Shown: positions 41,938 to 51,726 of the stretch, one piece after another
How the letters are laid out: the number at the start of each line of letters is the position of its first letter
Position numbering within the stretch: the first letter of the stretch is position 1
NCBI GenBank assembly: GCA_963727805.1
Contig: CAVSHF010000005.1
Span: 1,024,001 to 1,088,000, forward strand
Reading direction: 5' to 3'
DNA: 64,000 bases
Origin: an uncultured Nitrospiraceae bacterium
Lineage (GTDB): Bacteria > Nitrospirota > Thermodesulfovibrionia > Thermodesulfovibrionales > Dissulfurispiraceae
Position numbers and translations under genes: made by a program
Notes under the pieces: model-generated
What the model was told of the DNA's origin: nothing
The model's input: only the letters and a program-made list of their open reading frames with translations
The model's database searches: none

Positions 41938-41953
41938 TGGCATATAAAATGCT
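41938..41953 (+). promoter_or_regulatory. Sigma-54 -24/-12 promoter
   Basis: TGGCATATAAAATGCT (GG-N10-GC) upstream of 42014, directly after the bEBP gene. Confidence 0.8.
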
Positions 41954-42013
41954 AAAATATACTACTGCCAAGAATGAAGGGATTCCAGATTGAATTAAGA
42001 GGAGGAGAATCGA

Positions 42014-42472
42014 ATGAGAAAGATTTTAGCACTGATTATCGCGCTTCTGTTCGCATTTTCACTGACTGCAGCTTTCGCAGCCGACAAAGCAGCTGATACG
42101 AAAGCAGCCCCAGTTCCTGCAAAAGAAGAGAAGAAGGACGAGACGAAGAAGGCTGCTGCGACAAAGCATCAGCTTACCGGTGAGGTAAGGGCTGTTGATG
42201 CCAAGGCCGCTACCATTACCGTCAAAGGGAAGAAGGAACTGACCTTCGCTGCTGATGAGAAAATGCTGAAGGACATCAAGGCAGGGGATAAAGTTGTCGT
42301 CACGTATGCCGAGAAGGACGGTAAAGCCACCGCAACAGCTATTAAGCCTCCAAAGGCTAAAGTAATAAAGAAGGCAGAGAAGAAGGCAGACGAGAAGAAG
42401 GTTGAACCCGCAGCAAAAGCTGCTGAGCCCGCCAAAGATGTGAAGAAGAAAAAAGGCATTGAAGGCTGCTAA
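42014..42472 (+). CDS. Exported Lys/Ala-rich protein with small OB-fold-like core
   Basis: Signal peptide; TGEVRAVDAKAATITVKG..IKAGDKVVVTY; ends KKKKGIEGC; GAGGAG SD. Confidence 0.85.
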   Translation: MRKILALIIALLFAFSLTAAFAADKAADTKAAPVPAKEEKKDETKKAAATKHQLTGEVRAVDAKAATITVKGKKELTFAADEKMLKDIKAGDKVVVTYAEKDGKATATAIKPPKAKVIKKAEKKADEKKVEPAAKAAEPAKDVKKKKGIEGC

Positions 42473-42575
42473 GACAGCAAGAGGAATTATAAGCCATATA
42501 TAAGTTTTTTCTACAGGGGTGTTCTCATAGCAGCTAGCCGGTTCGCAAAGGTGTTGGTCAAAGCCCCTATAAACT

Positions 42576-42616
42576 AAGAAAACGTCTCTAGCTTATTAAG
42601 TTAGGGGCGTTTTCTT
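42576..42616. terminator. Hairpin terminator inside the left end of the element
   Basis: AAGAAAACGTCTCTAGCTTA-T-TAAGTTAGGGGCGTTTTCTT. Confidence 0.75.
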
Positions 42617-42746
42617 TTGCAGAAGATATCCTCTGATGTCTTTGATTTATTTTGATGTTAACAGTATAGACTCAAATGCGTCGCGTAGCGTAAAGCTTTG
42701 TCTTGCAGGCGGGGAGAATGTCGAATTTCTCGGCTCTGACCGATTG

Positions 42747-43442
42747 CTAGAAGAACGATCGAACCCGCTTCCATAAGCGTCCGGGAGTCTTTTCGATGGT
42801 TACAACATCACTTCCCGGCGTCCAGCGGTACCGCATGTGTGAGTCGGGCCGTACATTAGAAAGGATTGTCGGCTTGAATGCGCCGATATTAATACCCTCA
42901 GTATCGCGAGCCGACCTGAAGACAATGCCGTTAGCCCCCTGGGCGTAAAGATAACTACCAAGCGCGTTCGTAAGAGAGTAGTCTTTCTTGTCTACCAGAG
43001 CAGGATATTTAATCTCCTTCCCAAGTATATCTATCATCAGACCCAGTACGGATACTTTGAACAATCTGCGGTATGTAATTATTTCCTTCTGCATCTTATC
43101 GTCAAATTCTATAACAGACAGCCGCCTTTGCCAGTGATAAACTGTCTCATAAACAGTAGTGGATGACGATACACTTCCATACCAAACACCAAAACGTGTG
43201 CCATCACTATATCTGGTGGCCTGCCTCACATTACCAAGTGCCGGACCATCCTGAAATGGGATCTTAATAATAGAAGACAGATCCTCCACGTCGGTCTCAC
43301 TCATAAGATTCTCTGCACGAGACATATTCTCTGGGTCTGAACTCAAATCATCAAGTAGGTTTCCTGATTTGTATATTGTCGGGATGTTTCTGAATACATC
43401 ATCGTCATAATTAACGACCTTGTTAACAATATCGTTAAACAT
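42747..43442 (-). CDS. RES-domain toxin (MbcT/ParT-like)
   Basis: TRYSDG.FGVWYGS..TTVYETVYH, GIVFRSARD (R, E, S residues); coupled to antitoxin. Confidence 0.9.
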   Translation of the reverse strand: MFNDIVNKVVNYDDDVFRNIPTIYKSGNLLDDLSSDPENMSRAENLMSETDVEDLSSIIKIPFQDGPALGNVRQATRYSDGTRFGVWYGSVSSSTTVYETVYHWQRRLSVIEFDDKMQKEIITYRRLFKVSVLGLMIDILGKEIKYPALVDKKDYSLTNALGSYLYAQGANGIVFRSARDTEGINIGAFKPTILSNVRPDSHMRYRWTPGSDVVTIEKTPGRLWKRVRSFF

Positions 43443-43858
43443 CAGCGACCCCTTTCAAAATCGAGATACCTCTTCACCATAAGAAGTCCAAGAAACCCTT
43501 CCTCACGCATAACCTGGACTGGCGACTTACCGCCAAAATCCATGTTGGGCAGCGTCGCCCACCTATAAACTATCTCCCTGTTCTCGGGAAAAAGAATCCT
43601 AAGTGAACGATGAATGCTGAACAGATTTTTAACCCTGTCCAAAAGATCGCGGCTGTCAGCAAGAGGCTCGCCCTTTCTATACCGATTCAGTGTCATTCGT
43701 GATGTTTCGGAAAGCCCTAGAAGCGCCAATTGATCATCAACCGGCAACCCCCAGTGTTCGAATAGCCGCATTACCATTTTTGCATAGGCAGCACGGTCCT
43801 CCCTGCTTCTGGAATTACCTGCTTTCGTATGTTCTATAGACTCGGCAATCTTCGTCAT
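43442..43858 (-). CDS. MbcA/ParS/Xre-family antitoxin
   Basis: LFEHWGL..DQLALLG, DRV..L.SIHRSLRILF, W..PN..FGG.SP, VKRYLD.ERG. Confidence 0.92.
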   Translation of the reverse strand: MTKIAESIEHTKAGNSRSREDRAAYAKMVMRLFEHWGLPVDDQLALLGLSETSRMTLNRYRKGEPLADSRDLLDRVKNLFSIHRSLRILFPENREIVYRWATLPNMDFGGKSPVQVMREEGFLGLLMVKRYLDFERGR

Positions 43859-43877
43859 AGCAACACCTCATTATTTC

Positions 43878-43917
43878 TTGATATATATATTGTATCAAAA
43901 GCTACATAAGATAGCAA
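43878..43917 (-). promoter_or_regulatory. TA promoter with overlapping palindromic operator
   Basis: TTGCTA-N17-TACAAT on minus strand; TTGATA-N9-TATCAA palindrome (43878-43898) over the -10. Confidence 0.65.
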
Positions 43918-43942
43918 CCAAAGTCCCCACATTAAAGGCGGC

Positions 43943-44380
43943 TTAAGGACTTGATTCCACAATCATGACGTGATCGCCCTTGGAAATCTTCTGTCTCCCG
44001 AATCTGGAAAACCCCAAAACTCTGCCTGTTGGCTCACACTCGCCAACACGTACCGATTCCGATTGCCAGTTGCATTCATATAATGGCTGGGCATACCTTT
44101 TTATAAGACACTTAGGGCATGGTACATACGCTGGCATCCTGCTGGCGGGGTAAAAACATTTTTTCAAGAAGCGATAGAAACCTCCAATGAATGTATCTGG
44201 TATTTTGCCCCTCCAATACTTGATGAAAAACTCTACACAGCAAGACGGGATATTACTATGTTTACCACAATTACGATGGCGCCGAACAACAGCCTCCTCA
44301 ATTGTCTCTCTATTAAGGTAATCAAATAAATCCCGCCACTCTTTAGTCTCATAGAAACTATTACGATGTTTATTCTCCAT
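43943..44380 (-). CDS. Cys-rich hypothetical passenger protein
   Basis: AAGGAG SD; IPSCCVEFF and YVPCPKC motifs. Confidence 0.7.
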   Translation of the reverse strand: MENKHRNSFYETKEWRDLFDYLNRETIEEAVVRRHRNCGKHSNIPSCCVEFFIKYWRGKIPDTFIGGFYRFLKKCFYPASRMPAYVPCPKCLIKRYAQPLYECNWQSESVRVGECEPTGRVLGFSRFGRQKISKGDHVMIVESSP

Positions 44381-44496
44381 AATATCTCCTTTTTATCACT
44401 ATTTTTTGAAATTTGTCTGAACAACAAGAAATACAGTTCACTTACAAAACTGTTCGACATCGGGTTGTATACTTAGAACGCATTCAGTCCGAACCT

Positions 44497-44958
44497 CTAC
44501 GGAGAGAAACTACATATGATTATCACAGCAAAATTCGAAAGTGAATGCCCTCGTTGCGATCCCGCCTTGGTCTTGTCAAATAACTGGAAGCTTTGCGGGT
44601 TGTCCTTTATATCTTTGTCGTGGTTATCACAGTCCGTCTTCGGACAGGATATCGGGGAATGCGATGGGTGTAAATATTGCGAAAGCCGGGTTAGCTCTTC
44701 ATATATCGCCAGATTGCTTTTAGTTGTCGGGTATTCGCCACACAGGCGGCATTGAAGCATGAGGGTATCACGAGCTTTGCCGGTACCGACAATATAATTG
44801 TCTCTTCCCCGGTCTTCGGCTCCTGGGCCGCGAGGCTGCTTTTCCTGGCTGGCAGACACCCCAAAGTTGGGACATCCCGGATTCTTGCAGAAATTAACCT
44901 GCACATGCCCAACCGTAGGCGGAATCCTTAGCTTAGAAGTTAGATCATCGCTATCCAA
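44497..44958 (-). pseudogene. Truncated transposase (N-terminal zinc-binding region only)
   Basis: QVNFCKNPGCPNFG, CRLC, CP..DC.NH, KTKAGSQR then unrelated tail; starts just inside the right IR. Confidence 0.7.
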
Positions 44959-45179
44959 AACATATATCCCCTATCATTATCTGATAAGGGATATATATGT
45001 TTGAACGGGGAAAATGTCAACACCTTTGCGAACCGGCTAGCTCATAGCAGAACACCCTTTTTTTATTTGCTGACATCGTCTTTGACGTTTATACACCCTG
45101 TGCGATAAAATAATGTTTCAGTACAGCTGACCGGCATTCAGAAACTTTAGAAATTATGAATCCATACGGAGGAATTAGA

Positions 45180-46346
45180 ATGATCAAGATCGAGCTGGCG
45201 GACCGGGTCAAAAATCTTCCTCCCTATCTCTTCGCCGCAATCGACAAGATGAAGCAGGAAGCTCTTGCAAAAGGCGTTGACGTCATCGATCTAAGCATTG
45301 GAGATCCCGATATCCCGACGCCGTCTCACATTGTCGAGGCCATGAAAAATGCGGTGGGGAAACAGGAACATCATCGTTACCCTTCTTACGAGGGCATGCT
45401 TTCATACCGGGAGGCTGTTGCAGCATGGTATAAAAGGAGATTTGGCGTAACACTCGATTCGAAGACGGAGGTGCTCTCTCTTATCGGGTCCAAGGAGGGT
45501 ATCGGACACATTCCTTTTGCATTCATCAATCCCGGAGATGTGGTGCTCGTCCCTTCGCCGGGCTATCCCGTCTATCCTGTGGCGACCCTCTTCGCCGGAG
45601 GCGAATCGCACCTTATGCCTCTCAAAGAGGGAAATGCCTATCTGCCCGATTTTACGGCTATCCCAATCTCGGTGCTCAACAAGTCCAAGCTCATGTTCCT
45701 TAATTATCCGAATAATCCCACATCAGCCATAGCTTCGAAAGATTTTTACCGGCAGGCGATAGAGCTGGCGGCAAAGTATAATATCATCCTGTGCCACGAC
45801 GCGGCCTACTCCGAGGTCTATTATGACAATGAAAGGCCACCGAGTTTCCTCGAAATCGATGGGGCCATGGATGTCGGCATCGAATTTCATTCTCTATCAA
45901 AAACCTACAATATGACCGGCTGGAGGATAGGCTATGCCGTTGGCAACAGGGATATCCTTGCTGGACTCGGCAAAATAAAGACCAATCTCGATTCCGGCGT
46001 TTTTCAGGCCATTCAGGAGGCATCGATTGTGGCGCTGAATACTGACGACGCTCTTCTTAGGGGTATCAGAAACACTTACCAGGATAGAAGAGATGTGCTC
46101 TGTCGCGGACTTGGTGAAATCGGACTCAATGTCGCCAAGCCAAAGGCGACATTCTATATCTGGACAAAGGTACCGTCAGGGTTCAGTTCATCGAGTTTCG
46201 TTTCACATCTCCTCGAAAAGGCTGGCGTTCTCGGCACTCCCGGAGTTGGATTCGGCGAACCGGGCGAGGGATTTATCCGTTTCGCTCTTACCCAAACTGT
46301 CGAGAGGATAAGCGAAGCGGTCAAAAGGATCAAAGAAGTCTTATAG
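45180..46346 (+). CDS. dapL: LL-diaminopimelate aminotransferase (class I/II aminotransferase)
   Basis: LPPYLF, LIGSKEGIGH, NYPNNPT, HDAAYSE, EFHSLSKTYNMTGWRIG; GGAGGA SD. Confidence 0.85.
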   Translation: MIKIELADRVKNLPPYLFAAIDKMKQEALAKGVDVIDLSIGDPDIPTPSHIVEAMKNAVGKQEHHRYPSYEGMLSYREAVAAWYKRRFGVTLDSKTEVLSLIGSKEGIGHIPFAFINPGDVVLVPSPGYPVYPVATLFAGGESHLMPLKEGNAYLPDFTAIPISVLNKSKLMFLNYPNNPTSAIASKDFYRQAIELAAKYNIILCHDAAYSEVYYDNERPPSFLEIDGAMDVGIEFHSLSKTYNMTGWRIGYAVGNRDILAGLGKIKTNLDSGVFQAIQEASIVALNTDDALLRGIRNTYQDRRDVLCRGLGEIGLNVAKPKATFYIWTKVPSGFSSSSFVSHLLEKAGVLGTPGVGFGEPGEGFIRFALTQTVERISEAVKRIKEVL

Positions 46347-46856
46347 ATGGCCGTGGTCTATTTGGGAATAGGGTCAAACCTCGGCGATAAACGGGATAAC
46401 TGTCTGAGTGCTCTCGAAAGATTATCGTCAAAAGGGGTATCGATCAGTAAGAGATCGGGACTTTATGAGACGCCACCTTGGGGTGTAGAAGATCAACCTG
46501 ATTTCGTCAATATGGCGGTTGAAGCGGAAACCGGGATGTCCCCTGAGGAGCTCCTGGGTACTTTAAAGGAAATCGAAAAAGAGATGGGTCGGGAGGTTGG
46601 TATCCGATGGGGACCTCGCCTTATCGATCTCGATGTGCTGCTCTATGATGACAGGATCATTCAGAGCAAAGATTTAGTCATCCCTCATCCGCTGCTCCAC
46701 AAAAGAGACTTCGTGCTAATCCCGCTTGCGGAAATCTCCCCAGAACGAGTCCATCCGGTTCTAAATAAAACGATACGGGAATTGACAAGAGAACTAATGA
46801 AGGGAGGACCCGATGATGAAACAGACCATGTCAGTCACCAGCAGGTCGAGGACTGA
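46347..46856 (+). CDS. folK: HPPK (folate biosynthesis)
   Basis: LGIGSNLG, YETPPWG, QPDFVN, RWGPRLIDLD, PHP. Confidence 0.97.
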   Translation: MAVVYLGIGSNLGDKRDNCLSALERLSSKGVSISKRSGLYETPPWGVEDQPDFVNMAVEAETGMSPEELLGTLKEIEKEMGREVGIRWGPRLIDLDVLLYDDRIIQSKDLVIPHPLLHKRDFVLIPLAEISPERVHPVLNKTIRELTRELMKGGPDDETDHVSHQQVED

Positions 46857-47208
46857 ACTTATCGATATTACTGACCAGGTACATGAGATGGTTAAGAAGT
46901 CCGGCTTAAAAGACGGTATCTGCCACCTCTTCGTCCCTCATACAACAGCAGGCATTACGATCAATGAAGGGGCCGATCCTTCCGTCAAAAGAGACATCCT
47001 GACGAGTTTAAACAGACTGGTCCCCTTCGATGGAGATTATCAGCACGCTGAAGGGAATTCGGCTGCGCACATCAAAACAACAATGGTGGGCACATCAGCT
47101 GTCTGCCTCATTGAAGACAGTCAGTTAGTTTTGGGGACATGGCAGTCCATCTTCTTCTGTGAGTTCGACGGACCCAGAACTCGCAGGGTTTACATCTCAA
47201 CAATTTGA
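46813..47208 (+). CDS. yjbQ: YjbQ/UPF0047 protein
   Basis: PHTTAGITINE.ADP, HAEGNSAAH, LGTWQSIFFCEFDGPR. Confidence 0.95.
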   Translation: MMKQTMSVTSRSRTELIDITDQVHEMVKKSGLKDGICHLFVPHTTAGITINEGADPSVKRDILTSLNRLVPFDGDYQHAEGNSAAHIKTTMVGTSAVCLIEDSQLVLGTWQSIFFCEFDGPRTRRVYISTI

Positions 47209-49025
47209 ATCTTGGACTGAAGGCTTTACTGGGCAATAGCTTTTTCTACTTGCATTCTTGATCCCGTTTTCGATGTCATCCTTTGGTCTCAGATCCCCTT
47301 CGATTGGAATCTTAGCAAGGACCTCCTCTGCGGTAGTTATGCCGAGTCTTACCTTGTCCCAGGCATCATCGAACAGAAACCTGACGCCCTGCTGCCGCGC
47401 CGCTTCAGCCAGTTCCACTTCCGTGACTTTCTGAAACAACATCATCTTTATGCCCTGGGAGATGGGAAGATATTCGTAAATGGCTGTCCTCCCTTGATAG
47501 CCAGTATTATAACAATACTGGCAACCCTCCCCTTTGAAGTGCTTTGTCATCCCCGGCAGTCCGAAGCTCTCTATGAAAGCCGCAAGCTCAGCTTCAACCT
47601 CGCGCTCCACTTTGCAGCGAGTGCATATCTTCTTAACGAGACGTTGCGCGAGAATGCAGCTCAATGCCGATCCGAGAAGATAGGAGGGGATGCCGATATC
47701 CATGAGGCGCGTGATGGTAGCAGCCGTGCTGTTCGTATGGAGTGTGGTCAAAACGAGATGCCCGGTCATGGAAGCCCGCATGGCTATCTCGGCCGTTTCG
47801 CTGTCACGAATCTCGCCAATCTTAATGACATCAGGGTCTTGACGGAGAACCGAGCGAAGAATACTGGGAAAGGTCCTTCCAATATCGTCATTGACTTGTA
47901 TCTGGGTAATCCCTTCTATCTTATATTCGACGGGGTCTTCTATAGTAACAATGTTTCTGGTCTCAGCCATCATATGCCTAAGGACGGCATAAAGTGACGT
48001 AGTCTTGCCGCTCCCCGTTGGTCCCGTAACGATGAGCATTCCCTGGGCCGCCTGAGAACAGCCGAGATAGAATTCCTCATCTCCTCAGGCATGCCGAGTT
48101 CCGGAAGCGTAACCACACCCGCGCTCTGGTCGAGGATCCTGATGACCACCTTTTCTCCATATATGGAGGGGATGGTCGATATCCTAAGATCAATTTCCTT
48201 TTCCTGATGGGTGACGTGACTGCTACCGTCCTGGGGCAGGCGCCGCTTGGTGCTATCGAGGCTTGAAATAATTTTTATGCGGGAGATGACGGACTCATGA
48301 ATATTACGATCATACGTGAAAATATTCCTCAGGTCACCGTCAACACGAAACCTTACCTGAACAATCCTCCTGCGAGGCTCGATGTGAATATCGCTCACCC
48401 TCATCTTTATAGCCTCGGCGATCATCATGGCAACGAGCTTGACGATTGGAGGGGCCTTGCTTTTCGAATACAGCGACTCGATATTTGAATCCGTCTCTTC
48501 CGCCTTAGGCACCTCGGAGAACTGGATTTCCTTGTCGGCACTAATATTTGAGCTGTAGAGGTCGAGGAGTTCAGGGCTGTCGACACCCTCGACATAATAA
48601 CGTTCTATAGCAGCAAAAATGGAGTTTTCGTACGAGATGATGGGAGATACTCTGAGCTTGGTGTTGAACGCTATATCATCAATTGCCCGGTAATCAAGAG
48701 GATCGGCCATTACGAGGAATAGGGTCGATTCCCTTTTTTCGAGAGGGAGGATGAGGTTCTGTTTTACCATCTTCTTGGGGATAATGGTCTTCAGTTCCAG
48801 AGCGAGCTCACATTCGACATTATCCAGGAATTCTATAATCGGCAGCGAATACTTTTCAGCCAACCCTTCGACAATCTGTTCCCTCGTGACATAGTTCATG
48901 GCAATCAAGCTTTCACCGATTTTCTTCCTGGTTACTTTCTATTGTGCAAGGGCTTCTTCGATCTGCTCCCCCGTGATTAGCCCCTGCTCCAGCAATATTT
49001 CCCCTAACTTTCTCCGTGGTGCCAT
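47197..49025 (-). pseudogene. GspE/PilB-family ATPase pseudogene with MshEN domain
   Basis: MAPRRKLGEILLEQGLIT..ALAQ* (TAG 48939-48941), frame continues; 1-nt frameshift near 48045 just before Walker A. Confidence 0.9.
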
Positions 49026-49126
49026 GAATTAAATATAACATTTTGGGGATAGCAAACACTGTCCTCGGGGTTGTCCAAAAATGGCATGTTAATGTTAAAA
49101 TTAACAAATTGCTTCAGGAGGCTCCT

Positions 49127-49897
49127 ATGTTGAACATGAAGTCCGTGGACCCGGTCAGGCTATCCACAAACGCAAAGTTCCGGTTTCGCTGTCATAAAAG
49201 TATCAGTTGTTTCACAAAATGCTGCAGTAATATCGAGATAATGCTTACCCCATACGATATTGTAAGACTGAAGAACCATCTCAAATTGTCATCCGGTGAA
49301 TTTCTTAATGCTTATACCTATGTCGAGATAGAGGATAAATCATCCCACCCCTTCGTATTCCTGAAAATGAAGGAGGACAAGGACCGGAAATGCCCGTTTG
49401 TGACCGAGGAGGGATGCACCATCTATGATAACAGGCCCGCCAACTGCAGATATTATCCAATTGGACAGGCATCGCTCAAAAAGAAGGACGATACAATCAA
49501 CGAACTCATCACCGAAGAGTTCTATTTCTTCGTCAGGGAAGAGCACTGCCTCGGGTTCAATGAGGAGACTGAATGGACCATCGGCCAGTGGCGTGATGAC
49601 CAGGGTGTCGATATATACGATGAAATGAACAGGGGCTGGAAAGAGATACTTTTTCGGAGAAACCTCCCGGGCAATTCCCTTGATGAAAAGAAGCAGAAGG
49701 CTTTTTACATGGCCTGTTACGACGTCGATCGCTTCAAACGATTCGTCTTCGAGAGCCCCTTTCTTCAGCACTTCGATATCGCCCCCGCGAGGCTCGAAAA
49801 GATGAGGAGTGACGAGATTGAGCTCATGAAGTTCGGCTTCGACTACACGAAATTCATTCTAGGATTGGAAGAGACACTGAAACTCAAAAAGAAATAG
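49127..49897 (+). CDS. YkgJ-family cysteine cluster protein
   Basis: FRC..CFTKCC, LTPYDI.RL, CPF..GCTIY.NRP.NCRYYP; AGGAGG SD. Confidence 0.9.
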   Translation: MLNMKSVDPVRLSTNAKFRFRCHKSISCFTKCCSNIEIMLTPYDIVRLKNHLKLSSGEFLNAYTYVEIEDKSSHPFVFLKMKEDKDRKCPFVTEEGCTIYDNRPANCRYYPIGQASLKKKDDTINELITEEFYFFVREEHCLGFNEETEWTIGQWRDDQGVDIYDEMNRGWKEILFRRNLPGNSLDEKKQKAFYMACYDVDRFKRFVFESPFLQHFDIAPARLEKMRSDEIELMKFGFDYTKFILGLEETLKLKKK

Positions 49898-50418
49898 CCA
49901 CCAAAGAGCGGAAGTCAGCAATTGAAGGCTCCTGCTTTTTTTATGCAAAAAAACTGAAGGTATAACCGAGAACGTGAACTCGAATCTCCCTTTTAAGAAT
50001 CCGATGTCCTCTCTGCTCATTTGCTTGGCTTATATACCGTTATTCTCGTGGCTGACAAAAGCGTCCAACTGCGAAGTCGGCTCCGGAAAGACTACAGAAA
50101 GTTTTCGACATACTATTTCTGAAACCATAGACAAATAGTCCGCGACATCATTCAACCGTCTGTCGCCCTTCAGATGATACTGGGCTTCGGACAGTTATCT
50201 TCCATCCGAAACAACAATTGGCAAACAGGGTGTCCTCGGCTCTGCCGTTTGCATCAACATAGGCGGCAAGCAGTAACTTCTTTTCAGGCGTAAGTGAAAG
50301 CGAAACTGGTAAGTCCGCATTTCCATCACTGTGCTATAAGTTGCATCGTATTATCGTTTTATCTATTTGTGGAGCTGTTTGGTGTATTTTAGTATTGATG
50401 AACAGAGAACTACCTGTC

Positions 50419-51456
50419 TCAGGCACTCACACATGATTTATAACCTGCTTTAAGCTGTCCGCAGGCAGCCAGGATGTCCTGTCCTTTGCTCTTCCTTATA
50501 AGAACAGTCATAGCAGCATTCACAAGAATAGCCTGGAATTGCAGTATCGTCCTCTCATCAGGCCTTTCGTACTCGGAGCCGCTGTAGGGATTGAAGGGAA
50601 TGAGATTAATCTTGGACGGGATGCCTGCAAGAAGCCTGATCAGACGATGAGCATCTTCAGGAGAGTCGTTGATCCCTTTAAGAAGCACATATTCGAACGT
50701 GATAAGTCTGTTCACAGGCAACGGGTATTTGCGACAGGCTTCGAGTAATGAACGGATGGGATAAGTCTTATTGATCGGCATGATAACATTCCTCAAAGCG
50801 TCGGTTGTGGCATTGAGCGATATCGCAAGATTGACCTTAAGCGCTTTCTTACCGAGTTCAATTATCTTTTGCGGGATGCCGGAAGTTGAAAGGGTAATCT
50901 TCCTTGGCGACATTTTCATGATGCCGACAATCCTCACGATCGCCTCGACAACATTATCGAAGTTAGCCAGTGGCTCTCCCATCCCCATAAGCACGATATT
51001 GGTAATTCGCTCCGGCAGAATGAGCCTGTTAACACTGATCACCTGATCAATAATTTCGTGCGGCTTGAGGTTTCGCTTTAAGCCAAGCCTTCCCGTAAGG
51101 CAGAATATGCAACCAATGGCGCAACCCACCTGCGAAGAGATGCAGAGAGTCAGTCGGTCTTCGTCGGGGATCAGGACGCTCTCAATCGTCTCGCTGTCCT
51201 GCAGCCCGAACAGAAACTTCTGGGTGCCGTCTTCTGAGGTTTGCCGATCAAGGAGAGTGAGATGACCGATATAGGCCCTTTCTGAGAGTTCTTCGCGCAT
51301 CTTCTTTGAAAACTCGGTTATTTCTTCAATGGATTGAGCGTAGCGGTCGTAAATCCAGTGTATCAACTGCCGCCTTCTGAATGCCGGGAGTCCCGCATCT
51401 TTTATGAACGAAGCAAGATCCTCTTGCGAGAGGGCTTTAAGGTCGGTCTTTAGCAT
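50419..51456 (-). CDS. rlmN: 23S rRNA m2A2503 methyltransferase
   Basis: CISSQVGC.IGC.FC.TG, MGMGEP, INLIPFN, AACGQL. Confidence 0.97.
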   Translation of the reverse strand: MLKTDLKALSQEDLASFIKDAGLPAFRRRQLIHWIYDRYAQSIEEITEFSKKMREELSERAYIGHLTLLDRQTSEDGTQKFLFGLQDSETIESVLIPDEDRLTLCISSQVGCAIGCIFCLTGRLGLKRNLKPHEIIDQVISVNRLILPERITNIVLMGMGEPLANFDNVVEAIVRIVGIMKMSPRKITLSTSGIPQKIIELGKKALKVNLAISLNATTDALRNVIMPINKTYPIRSLLEACRKYPLPVNRLITFEYVLLKGINDSPEDAHRLIRLLAGIPSKINLIPFNPYSGSEYERPDERTILQFQAILVNAAMTVLIRKSKGQDILAACGQLKAGYKSCVSA

Positions 51457-51533
51457 TACCCATTATTGTATAACACTTTTGCCATGCTCTAACAGAGGTG
51501 CTGCTGCGTCGAAGAGGTGTGGGCCTTGATCAC

Positions 51534-51726
51534 TTGACACGTCGAAGCTTTATCATCTATATTTATTCATGACTAGCAGAATGCAAAAAGTCAATCGACT
51601 TAGCAATGCAACGCGCCATAAAACAGCCCTGGCGGGGAGGATATCTATCCACTTTTAGCAGCTTTGAAATATACACAATGAAAAATTAGAAGGCCACGGG
51701 CTCAATCCCGTGGTCTTTTAATTTTT
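51534..51726 (+). promoter_or_regulatory. leuA promoter and attenuator-like leader
   Basis: TTGACA-N18-TATATT; 29-codon ORF 51569-51658; terminator AGGCCACGGG-CTCAAT-CCCGTGGTCT-TTT just before the SD. Confidence 0.6.

Larger units (their letters stand above)
42533..45041 (-). mobile_element. Non-autonomous cargo-carrying transposon, 2509 bp
   Basis: Perfect 24-bp terminal IR GCTAGCCGGTTCGCAAAGGTGTTG (42533-42556 / 45018-45041); TSD TCATAGCA (42525-42532 / 45042-45049); truncated transposase inside. Confidence 0.92.

Noticed and set aside
42460..42475. Selenocysteine after terminal GC
   Set aside because: Stop codon is TAA, not TGA.
48040..48060. Programmed frameshift in the split ATPase
   Set aside because: No slippery heptamer and an independent upstream nonsense codon; pseudogene is simpler.
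49950..50330. Short broken minus-strand frames between ykgJ and rlmN
   Set aside because: No recognisable family after translation.
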